64,000 bases of DNA, taken from positions 75,236,484-75,300,483 of the forward strand of contig NC_083408.1 of assembly GCF_020745735.1 (NCBI RefSeq), given 5' to 3'. The translations under genes and the position numbers were made by a program. Numbering within the stretch: the first letter of the stretch is position 1; the number at the start of each line of letters is the position of its first letter. Shown here piece after piece: positions 38,437-49,359 of the stretch. Under the pieces are notes generated by a model. The model was not told where the DNA came from. It did not search any database and saw nothing but the letters and a program-made list of their open reading frames with translations. This stretch comes from Hemiscyllium ocellatum. Taxonomy: Eukaryota.

Positions 38437-38862
38437 CTTTTTCTTTTATTTCTTCCTTGTTTTTTTCTTTTACCCCCACATTTCTGCCTAACTGCGGTAG
38501 TGCTTACATTTTTCCCCAGCACCCATGTTGTGTGTGTGCAGGTGTGAGACACAGTGAAAGACACAAGGTGCATGAATCTTTATTCAGTTTCCACCACCAG
38601 GAAGAAAGGAAACACCTGAGTGGCCAGTGATAAGCAGTGCCCTTCACATCAAAGGGCAATGCTGTGTGATCAAACAGTGAAGGGTAGGGCCGGGATTAAA
38701 TCAAAATAGAGTTGGACAAGAAAATAATACATTCCACTCCCTGCGGCTCCCACCTCTCCCTGAACAACTCCAGGGTGTTGGTGGACACCATGTGCTCCTT
38801 TCTCCAGAGACACCCAGGCTCTAACATAACCACAGAAGAGGGGCAGGCAGTCGGTCGACACT
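38437..38862 (-). mobile_element. Tx1/L1-superfamily LINE 3' end with A-rich tail
   Basis: Minus strand DCLPLFCGYVRAWVSLEK..VSTNTLELFRERWEPQG (resembles a Tx1 ORF2 C-terminus, one frameshift), AATAAA, A-rich tail; TSD cctgttctt at 38428-38436 and 38863-38871. Confidence 0.7.
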
Positions 38863-38919
38863 CCTGTTCTTATCTGTCAGCCAGAGTTCCCTGACTGGAC
38901 CAGATTAACAGTCCATTTA

Positions 38920-39040
38920 GGTAAAAACAATGACTGCAGATGCTGGAAACCAGAGTCTAGATTATAGTGGTGCTGGAAAAGCACAGCAGTTCAGACAGCA
39001 TCCGAGGAGCAGGAAAATCGACGTTTCGGACAAATATAAA
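38920..39040 (-). mobile_element. PLE tail-only mini-element truncated inside hammerhead stem II
   Basis: TSD agtccattta at 38910-38919 and 39041-39050; same tail as the 3515 and 15482 elements. Confidence 0.82.
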
Positions 39041-39169
39041 AGTCCATTTATATTTTGTACTTGGCTCATTACAATCATTGCAGGTTGGATTTGAAGCCAG
39101 GCTTTCCATTTCAGGGGTAAGTACTATACCTCTGCCCACAAGTATCAACTTTTTATATAACCTATTTTT

Positions 39170-39262
39170 CTGAACAACCTGTTTACACATCTCTGGATCA
39201 GGTAGGACTTGAATATGGGCCTTCCCGACTTAGAGGTAGGGACACTATCACAAGAGCCCTTA
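39170..39262 (-). mobile_element. Short (~100 bp) tRNA-derived SINE; related copies at 45390-45497 and split at 38270-38300/39075-39145
   Basis: Minus strand agggctcttg..tagtgtccctacctct..ttcaagtcctacctgatccagag with A/B-box-like motifs. Confidence 0.55.
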
Positions 39263-39494
39263 GTTTGAAGAAGCAAGGGTATGCCCCTAAAAGGGTGCGT
39301 TTTCAGTATCTGCAATTCTTTAGGTTTTTTTACATTATTCTCTGGCAGAGTTCAGATGTCACTTTAGGTACGGAGAGGACAGTAAGGGTTTTTCTTTGGG
39401 TAACCTACAGAAGTATTGGTAGGCTAATAATGACATAATTGCTATGTCACTTTGGGAAGTGGTGGCCTAGTTGTAATGTCACTGGCCTAATAAT

Positions 39495-39720
39495 CCAGAG
39501 CTGAAAATGTGTTGCTGGAAAAGCGCAGCAGGTCAGGCAGCATCCAAGGAACAGGAAATTCGACGTTTCGGGCATAAGCCATTCATCAAGATTCCTTATG
39601 AAGGGCTTATGCCCGAAACGTCAAATTTCCTGTTCCTTGGATGCTGCCTGACCTGCTGCGCTTTTCCAGCAACACATTTTCAGCTCTGATCTCCAGCATC
39701 TGCAGACCTCACTTTCTCCT
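39495..39720 (+). mobile_element. Palindromic PLE mini-element with two back-to-back hammerheads, inserted in a tRNA SINE
   Basis: Arms 39496-39590 / 39594-39688 centred on tcatcaagattccttatga; TSD cctaataat at 39486-39494 and 39721-39729. Confidence 0.88.
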
Positions 39721-39839
39721 CCTAATAATTATTTGGTACATATGTTTGAATCCCAACATGGCAGATGGTTAAGTCTGAAATCAATAACATCTCAAATTAA
39801 AAGCTAGTCTGCTGAGGACCATGTAATTTTACAACATTT

Positions 39840-40385
39840 AGAGCCTTGCCATTGGTGCCATATCCCATTTAAAAATGGCAATATTGGGCTCCATATCTAA
39901 AGAAGGATGTGCTGGTGTTGGAGGGTATCCAGAGGAGTTTGCAAGAATGATCACGGCGATGAAGGGCTTGTCATATGAAGAGTGTTGAGGACTCTGGCTC
40001 TGTACTCGATGGAGTTTAGAGGGATGAGAGGGAATGTCATTGAAACTTGCAGAATACCAAGAGGCCTCAATAGAGAGCTCCATTAGAAGGAGAGATTAGG
40101 ACCCAAGGGGACAGCCTCGGAGTGAAGGGGGGGACCCTCAAGATGAGGGGAAATTTCTTCAGCCAGAGGGTAGTTTATTTGAGAAACTCATTGCCACAGA
40201 GGGCTGTGGAGGCCAAGTCATTGAGTGTATTTAACACATAGATAGATTGGTTCTTGATTAATAAGGGCATCGAAGGCTACTAGGTAGAAGGTAGGAGAAT
40301 GGGGCTGAGAAACATATCAGCCATGATGGCCGAGCAGATTGGAAGGGTCAAATGGCCTCATTGCTTCTATATCTGTTATGGTCTT
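39840..40385 (+). mobile_element. CR1 LINE 3' fragment, decayed
   Basis: ctaagaaaggatgtgctgg-like start, ggagtttagagggatgagaggg, ttcttcagccagagggtag, CR1 tail. Confidence 0.78.
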
Positions 40386-43300
40386 TCCATGTGGTGTACT
40401 CTATGTAAGCACCAGTACAGTTAATATTCAAAAACAACAGAAGAAAAAAAAGTATATTTTCAGCACAAAAATCATGATTTTACATTTATTTAATGTATAA
40501 GTTTGCAACCTTTCTCTCAGCGATGACATGTTAAGCTATAAAGTCTCAGCTTTTCACTCAAATAATGCATGTTAAACTTGCCTTATAACTGAGTGCAAGA
40601 AATCAAGCAGGCAACAGGCAACAGAGAAGATGTGCAGGAAATTAAATCTCATACAATCCATGCTTTCATGACTACCTCACTCAGCATCTGTCCTCATCAG
40701 TGAATACTGTTAGTATTGACAGCAGTATGAAAAGACAGAACTAGAAACCAAACAAATCTTAAAATAAATGAAACAACTACTTTAAATAGCAAGACTCTCA
40801 GAAGTGGCAGATTCGAAGTTTTCATTACTCATATAAACTGAATGAGGTCAGGTTTATAATTCATATCATTTTGTGCAAGCTTTCAGTTATTCCAATGGAG
40901 CTATTAGTCTATAAACAGAATTGCAATGTTCCCATACAATTTCAATGTATCCAATTAACTCCATCTTAATTACAATTTTCAATTTATTTTGCTGATGTAT
41001 TATAGTACAGTCTTAGTTGAATGAACAAACCAGTGATTCCCGACACTAATCTTTTTTTTTCATCCAGCTTCTGGTACATTTCAGATGAAGGCACTACAAA
41101 CAACTCCACATTGACTGTTAGAGAATGATAAGGAATTCAATCTTGCACAATAAAGATCAACATATTGAAACTATAATCATTATGCCTCCCACTTGTACCT
41201 AGATAACAACCACTGACCACTGCGTTAATAGGTTCATCTTGCCTGGTACCCAAAAGGATTAAGTACACATATATTCTACAGTCAGGCTATAAGCTTATTA
41301 CACAGCTACTCTCAAACCTTCAGACTGAGAGTTTTTAGCAAGGAAAGTATTTTATTTAATTAACCTTAAATTAATACTGCTGTGAATCCCACTGATGAGG
41401 TCCAATATTATTGCACCACAGAGTAAATCACATTATATAGGTCTCAGTTCAGAGACGATTTTACTGTGCACTTAATTGGAATTGATAGATGTGTATCACT
41501 TTACAAATTAATTTGCTCATTCAGCTCACTTTCACATTTACATATTCATTGTTTGTGTACAGAGCAACTTTCAGGGTGAAATTCAGTTTTAATTTTTTTG
41601 AAAAGATAATAAATAATTTAAACATGATACATGGCACTAAAAGAGTTTAGCACTGACATAGAAAATTAATCCCTACTTAATTTGCGGTTTTTGCAGTAGC
41701 ATTATGTTCAGAAATCAGCCACTGTGGAGAGACTAGAGATTATTAATTTACAGTGAAACAATTTGTGGGGAATTAGTTGCTATCATAACCATTTGACTTT
41801 TGCAGTACAGTCAGAAGTGAATTATACCACATTGGATCATTTGTGGTCTGTATTTGTACTGCCACAATTCTCTGATTACACAAGAGTAACAAATTAACTG
41901 AGTAATTGTTAAAGTAAAACTAATAATTACAGACTTGATTTGTCGGTATCAACCTTTTGTCAGATTTCCTTCCTTCTGTGGAACTTCTAAATGTCAACAC
42001 CAGATCCTTGGTTTTCTAAAGAGCTATTTGTGAGCTTTCTCAATGCCTCAAAAATAAATAACAAGATTCTTAGAAAAAAGTCCAGCCATCTGAATCTCAA
42101 GATGAGGCAATGAAAAAACCACCACACTTGTGCTGTGGATTCGAAATGAAAGTTAGCCATCCCTTCTGATCACCATCACAATCATCCCTACTAAAATGCA
42201 ATTGTATAAATAGAAGGTATTACCTGGATCTGATTTAGCAGTGATTTACAATGAGAGACCATTACATATTGTATTGCTAGATTTTATTAGAATGGCATTT
42301 CCCCAAATGATAGTCAGCTACAGTAATGACCTCAGCATTTGGGAGGAGCTTCATGTATATAGCAACTATAAAATACTACATACCAGAATCTTTCATGATA
42401 TAGGACGGATAGCAGACCATAGAATTTTGTGAACTGAATATTTATTAAGTGTAATAATACATGAATCAAGGTTTAATTTAAAGTAATTAGAACAATTCTT
42501 TCAAACCTGAAAACCCCAGAATCAAACTCCAATGTGTGCAGAGCTGTGTGATTTTGACCTGGCAGCCATTAGGAAGTAATAATGAGCATCTGCATTCAAT
42601 CCCTAAGCAATGTACAGTGGCCCCCATCTGGAAATAGCTCAATGTGAACATTTGGTGAAAACACAGTCAAGTACAGATGTGATGCCTTTGAAGATCAAAG
42701 AACGTTCTGAAGTTCATTAAACACACAAGAGCATTTTGGAACAGATTCTGGTTGGTGGTCTGTCTCACTGGTTTGAAGACAGTGAGAAATAGATACATAT
42801 GTTAAAACAACAAATGGCAAAGCAAAATAAAGCTCCTCTATTTTATCACTATTTATTTATGGACCTTCAGTTTCTTTATACTTTTCCATCTTTTTGTTCT
42901 TCATTTGTTATGGTTGGGTGAGGAGAGGTAAATCGGTTTGCATCTTTTTAATTCCCCTCTCGGTTTATCACAGTTTTTTTACTATCTTTTAGAATGCAAC
43001 TATCACACTTCAATTAAATGTAGTGCAAAAGAAAATGAAGGGGTCAATTACCAAGCATTACTTGTGTAAAAGAGAAATTTTATTATCGATTAACATGACT
43101 GAAAGATACTAAAACCATAACATCAAATGCAAACCCAAATACAGGTAATAAATTTCAAATTGGTCTCTAGGTCAGACAGGGAAAATAAAGATCACACAGT
43201 CCTTAGAGCCTGTGAGTTGTTAATCAACTCTAACTAGAGACCACCATGTTTTAGCGCTTAACTTGAATCCAACAGCAGCAGAATCTTTAAATAGCTTTGT

Positions 43301-43602
43301 GTTCTCAGTGAATAGCTATTTCCCTAATTTGCTTTCTCATTGGGTGCTGGATTCCAAGATAATGACAGAAACAGGCGAGGAAAGAGAGAGTTCCATCCCT
43401 TGTCATCACAGATTTATTTTTCCTTCTCTCTATTCTGCTGCTCAAAAGCAGCTGTTGCAATATAGTTCAGTGTGTATTTTAAAGTCCATCTCCATTGTCT
43501 TTCCAAGCTGGCTAACTTGCAAATAGGCCTTTCATCTCCCAATATATGAAATTATCATACAAAGTCATAAATTAAAGTAGGAGACGTAAATTCCGTTTTT
43601 AA

Positions 43603-43874
43603 CATTCCCTACAGTGTGGAAACAGGCCCTTCAGCCCACACCGACTCTCTGAAGAGTAACCCACCCAGACCCATTACCTTCCAACTAATGCACCTAACAC
43701 TATGGGCAATTTAGCATGGCCAATTCACCTGCCCTGCATGCCTTTAGACTATGGGAAGAAACCCACACAGAGTATGGGGAGTATGTGCAAACTCCACACA
43801 GTCGCCTGAGGCTATAATGTAACCTAGGACCTTGGTGCTGTGAGGCAGCAGTGCTAACCACTGAGCCACTGTGC
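43603..43874 (-). mobile_element. V-SINE (HE1-like)
   Basis: ctatgggcaatttagcatggccaattcacct..gcaaactccacaca..gcagtgctaaccactg. Confidence 0.82.
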
Positions 43875-46478
43875 TCATTTGTCCACTTTTGAGATCTTTA
43901 GATAGAAATGGTCATTTCAGCATGGATGGTTCCTGAAGTTTGTTTGCTCAATCTATGGTAAGATGTCCATTGTAGCCATTTTAGGTTCTTCCTTTTTAAT
44001 CAGAGAATGTTATTACCTGATCATGAGATGGGTACCCACCCCTCTGCACAAAGTGTCCTGGCAGCAGCATTACAATGAAAGGTACCAATGTACTTGACAC
44101 TGCAGCATTGCAGTGAAGAACTATTCTATAAGAAGACCAGACGTGTGCCGTGCGGGTGCGGTGAGGCTGGTCTAATGCCAAAGTCCATGGAAAAGGAGTG
44201 CAGACAATCATTGCCCATTGACTGCACCCTGAGACTCTGGTGACTCTTTTCCAAAATAAAAACCTAGAGGAGCAAGTGGTGAGTTGGAATCACCTGGTAC
44301 CCACTTTGACCTTCAAGTTGGGAATTGTCATCATCTAATCCCTCTCAGCCACCTTGGAGGATGGAAAATTGCACATTAATGAGGTGATATTAGGTAAAAA
44401 CTGCATGCTAATATATACAATTTGATACAAATAGACTTTGCGCCACTCATTAGTGAGATTATCATCTCACTGTTCAATGCTTGTTGCAGACTTGGATTAC
44501 TTTTCTTGAAGTTGAGAACCTCATTTCTGCCGAGCTTGACTTGTTTTCCCAATTGACTTGGCTATTCCTATATCATTTAGGAGTTATGAAGGTTCCATCT
44601 GTTGAGGTTTTCCAGTATTTCTTATTTTTAATTAAGGAAAATATTAGTTTAAAAGGGGTTCATAATTTTGCAATTATACTGGTAACCATAGAATTGGAAG
44701 AGTTTTAGAAAGCTTAAAGAGCTTAAAATGTTGAAAAGTTGATAACATGAGAAACCTTGTCAGGAATATAGTAATAAATTGGAAGAACCTTTAAAAGTAA
44801 ATACTGTATAAAGAAAGACAGCAGTTAAAGTAATCATTGGTCATTAACTGGCATGTGGAAATAAGGAAACTGCACAGATGTTGAAGAATTTTGTGTCTGC
44901 CTTCACAATAGAAGGCAGAAATAGAAGATTCCCAAGGGGCTAGTAAGAGTGAAGAACTTATGGTAATTAATAGCAACAAGAAAAGTTATTGGAGAAACTT
45001 AGAGACTGAAAGCTGACAATTTCTCAGAACTGGATGGCTCACATCCTGAGATTCTAAAAGACATAATTGCATTGGTTATAGCTTTCCAAAGTTCAATAGA
45101 ATTTAAAGCAATCCCAGCAATTTGGAAGTTATCAAACATGACATTGCTATTCAAAGTAAGTAGAGAGAAAACTGAAAACAACAGACAAGTTATGTCTGAC
45201 ATCACTTGTCAGAGAGAAGTGTTAAAATCTATTATTAGTAAGTCTTAACAATGCACTTAAAAATCATGATCATGATCAGACAAAGTCAATGTGCTTTTAC
45301 TAAATGGAAAACATATTTGACAATTTTACTGACATTCTTTTGAGAATGGGTGAATATGGAAAATCGGTAGATGTTGTAGATATTTTCTAGTGAACCTGTT
45401 CAGAGATGTTATTTATTCACTCTTGGAGTAGGTGGTATTTGAACCCACCCTTCTGGCCTAGTATAGAGATATTGCAACTGCCCCCCAAGAGCCCTTCCAG
45501 GAGGCAATGTATACTTGGATTTTAAAACAGCCATTTGATAATGTGCCACATCAAAGGAGAATGAACAGAAGAAAGGCTCATGGATTTGGGACTGCTTATG
45601 AGCAGCCAGAAACAGAGATTTTTCAAGTTGGCAAATTGTAATTAGTGGAATTCAACAGGTATCAGTACCGGAGCTTCAGCTTTTTGCAACAAGTATTAAT
45701 AACTTAAAAAGATGAAGAATAATGTGTCGATATTGGTTGATGTTACAAAGCTAGGTGAACATTTAAGATGAGAGACAACACAAGTTAGAAAAGGTGGGTT
45801 AATTGAATGGGCAACATGATGACAGAAATGAATTAAGTTGTGGTTATACACTTCAGTAGAAAGAATTGAAAATGACATTTTTTTTTAAATGCGAGAAATC
45901 TTTCAATGTGATGTTCAGAGATACTTGGGTGCACTCTCACAATGAACGCAAAGGTAGCATACGGATAAGCAAGCAATTAGTGAGGCAAATGACAGAGTCT
46001 TAGAGATGTACAGCACAGAAATCGATCCTTCAGTCAAACTCATCCATGCCGACCAGATACCCTTACCTAATCTAGTCCCATTTGCCAGCAACCAGCCCAT
46101 ATCCCTCCAAATCCTTCCTATGTATAACCCATCCAGATGCCTTTTAAATGTTACATTTGTACCTGCCTCCACCACTTCCTCTGGCAGTTCATTCCATACA
46201 CACACAACCATGTGAAAAAGTTGCAACTTAGGTACCTTTTATGTCTTTCCCCTCTCAGCCTTAAGCTATGTCCTCTCGTCCTAGACTTCTCCACCCCAGT
46301 GAAAAGACTTTGTCTATTTATCCCATCCATGCCTCTCATGATTTTGTAAACCTCCGTAAGGTCATCCCTCAGCCTCCAATGCTCCAGGGAAAACAGCCCC
46401 AGCCTATTCAGCCTTTCCCTATAGCTCAAATCCTCCAACCCTGACAACATCCTGGTAAATCTGTCCTGAACCCATTCA

Positions 46479-46783
46479 GGGTGACACAGTGGTTAGCACT
46501 GCTGCGTCACAGTGCCAGAGACCCCGGGTTCAATTACCGCCTCGGGTAACTCTGTGTGGACTTTGCACATTCTCCCCGTGCCTGTGTGGATTTCCTCTGG
46601 GTGCTCCAGTTTCCTCCCACAGTCCAAAGACGTGCAGGTGAATTGGCCATACTAAATTGCCTGTAAGTGTTAGGTGAAGGGGTAAATGTAAGGGAATGGG
46701 TTGGGTGGGTTGCTTTTCAGAGGGTCGGTGTGGACTTGTTGGGCCGAAGGGCCTGTTTCCACACTGTAAGTAATCTAATCTAA
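46479..46783 (+). mobile_element. V-SINE (HE1-like), full length
   Basis: gacacagtggttagcactgc..ccgggttcaatt, V domain, tail gggccgaagggcctgtttccacactgtaagtaatctaatctaa. Confidence 0.88.
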
Positions 46784-47601
46784 TAGAAGTTTCACAACAT
46801 CCTTCGATAGGAAGGAGACCAGAATTGCATGCAATATTCAAAAAGTGGCTTAGCCAATGTCCTGTACAGCTGGAACATGACCTCCCAACTCTGATACTCA
46901 ATGCTCTAACCAATAAAGGAAAACATACCAAATGCCTTCTTCACTATCCTATCTACCTGCGACTCCACTTTTAAGGAGCTAAGAACCTGCACTCCAAGGT
47001 CTCTTTGCTCAGCAATACCCCCCAGCACTTACCATTAAATGTGAATTCTGCTCTGATTTGCTTTTCCAAAATGCAGCACATCACATTTATCTAAATTAAA
47101 CTCCAACTGCCACTCCTCAGCCCATTGGCCTATTTGATCAAGATCCCATTTACTCTGAGGTAACCGTCTTCGCTGTCCACTATACCTCCAATATTAGTGT
47201 CATCTGCAAACTTAGTAATTCTGTTCACATTCAAATCATTTATATAAATGACAAAACGTAGTGGACCCAGCACCGATCCGAGTCGCACACCACTGGTCAC
47301 AGGCCTCCACATTCTGAGAAGCAACACTCCATACCACCCTCTGTCTTCTATCTTTGAGTCATTTTTGTATCTAAATGGCTAATTCTCCCTGTGTTCTATG
47401 AGATCTAACCTTGTTAACCAGTCTACCATGAGAAACCCTGTCAAATGCCTTACTGAAGTCCGTATAGATCATGTTTACTGCTCTGCCGTCATCAATCCTC
47501 TTTGTTACTTCTTCAAAAAACTCAGTCAAGTTTGTGAGACATTTTTCCTACGCACAAAACCATGTTGACTATCCCTAATCAGTCCTTACCTTTCCAAATA
47601 C

Positions 47602-49359
47602 TAGGCTGGAAGCTAGTGATGGGAGATAGGAAACAGCAGGAGAACTTAACAAGTACTTTGCGTCAGTCTTCAGTGGAAGACATGAGTAATATCCCAACAA
47701 TTAGAGGGAGTCAGGGGGCTGAGTTGAATATGGTTGCCGTTACAAAAGAGAAAGTGCTAGAAAAGCTAAAAGGTCTTAAAATTGATAAATCTCCTGGCCC
47801 CGATGGGATACATCCTAGAGTTCTGAGAGGGGTGACTGAGGAAATAGTGGAGGCATTGGTTGAGATCTTTCAAGAGTCACTGGAGTCAGGGAAAGTCCCG
47901 GATGATTGGAAGATCGCTGTTGTAACCCCCTTGTTCAAGAAAGGATCTAGACAAAAGATGGAAAATTATAGGCCAATTAGCCTAACCTCGCTTATTGGTA
48001 AAATTCTAGAATCCATCATTAAGGATGAGGTTTCTAAATTCTTGGAAGAGCAGAGTCTGATTAGAACAAGTCAACATGGATGTAGTAAGGGGAGGTCGTG
48101 TCTGACAAACCTGTTGGAATTCTTTGAAGAGGTGACAAGTAGGTTAGACCAGGGAAACCCAGTGGATGTGGTCTATCTAGACTTCCAAAAGGCCTTTTAT
48201 AAGGTGCCACACGGGAGGCTGCTGAGCAAGGTGAGGGCCCATTGTGTTCGAGGTAAGCTACTAGTATGGATTGAGGATTGGCTGTCTGACAGAAGGCAGA
48301 GAGTTGGGATAAAAGGTTTTTTTTGGAATGGCAGCTGGTGACAAGCGGTGACCCGCAGGGTTCAGTGTTGGGGCCGCAGCTGTTCACATTATATATTAAT
48401 GATCTGGATGAAGGGACTGGGGGAATTCTAGCAATGTTTGCTGATGATACGAAGTTAGGTGGACAGGCAGGTAGTACTGAGGAAGTGGGGAAGCTGCAGA
48501 AGGATCTAGACAGTTTGGGAGAGTGGTCCAGGAAATGGCTGATGGAATTCAACGTGAACAAATGGGACGTCTTGCACTTTGGAAAAAAGAATAAAAGCAT
48601 AGACTACTTTTTAAACAGTGAGAAAATTCGTAAAGCCAAAATACAAAGGGATCTGGGAGTGCTAGTCGAGGATTCTCTAAAGGTAAACATGCAAGTTGAG
48701 TCCGTGATTAAGAAAGCAATTGCAATGTTGTCACTTATCTCAAGAGGGTTGGAATATAAAAGCACCGTTGTGCTACTGAGACTTTATAAAGCTCTGGTTA
48801 GTCCCCATTTAGAGTACTGTGTCCAGTTTTGGTCCCCACCCCTCAGAAAGGACATACTGACACTGAAACGTGTCCAGCGGAGATTCACACGGATGATCCC
48901 TGGAATGGTTGGTCTAACATACGAGGAACGGCTGAGGATCCTGGGATTGTATTCATTGGAGTTTAGAAGATTGAGGGGAGACTTAATAGAATTTTACAAG
49001 ATAATACATGGCTTGGAAAGGGTGGACGCTAGGAAATTTTTTCCATTAGGCGAGGAGACTAGGACCCGTGGACACAGCCTTAAAATTAGAGGGGGTCAAT
49101 TCAGAACAAAAATGCGGAGACATTTCTTCAGCCAGAGAGTGGTGGGGCTGTGGAATTCATTGCCGCAGAGTCCAGTGGAGGCTGGGACGCTAAATGTCTT
49201 CAAGGCAGAGATTGATAGATTCTTGATGTCTCGAGGAATTAAGGGCTACGGGGAGAATGCAGGTAAGTGGAGTTGAAATGCCCATCAACCATGATTGAAT
49301 GGCGGAGTGGACTCGATGGGCTGAATGGCCTTACTTCCACTTCTATGTCTTATGGTCTT
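47602..49359 (+). mobile_element. Young 5'-truncated CR1 LINE, RT domain with one frameshift
   Basis: ORFs 47562-48341 and 48323-49276: KSPGPDGIHPRVL, NYRPISLTS, YLDFQKAF, PQGSVLGP, FADDTK; frameshift at the poly-T ~48317-48324; tail (tcttatg)n. Confidence 0.92.
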
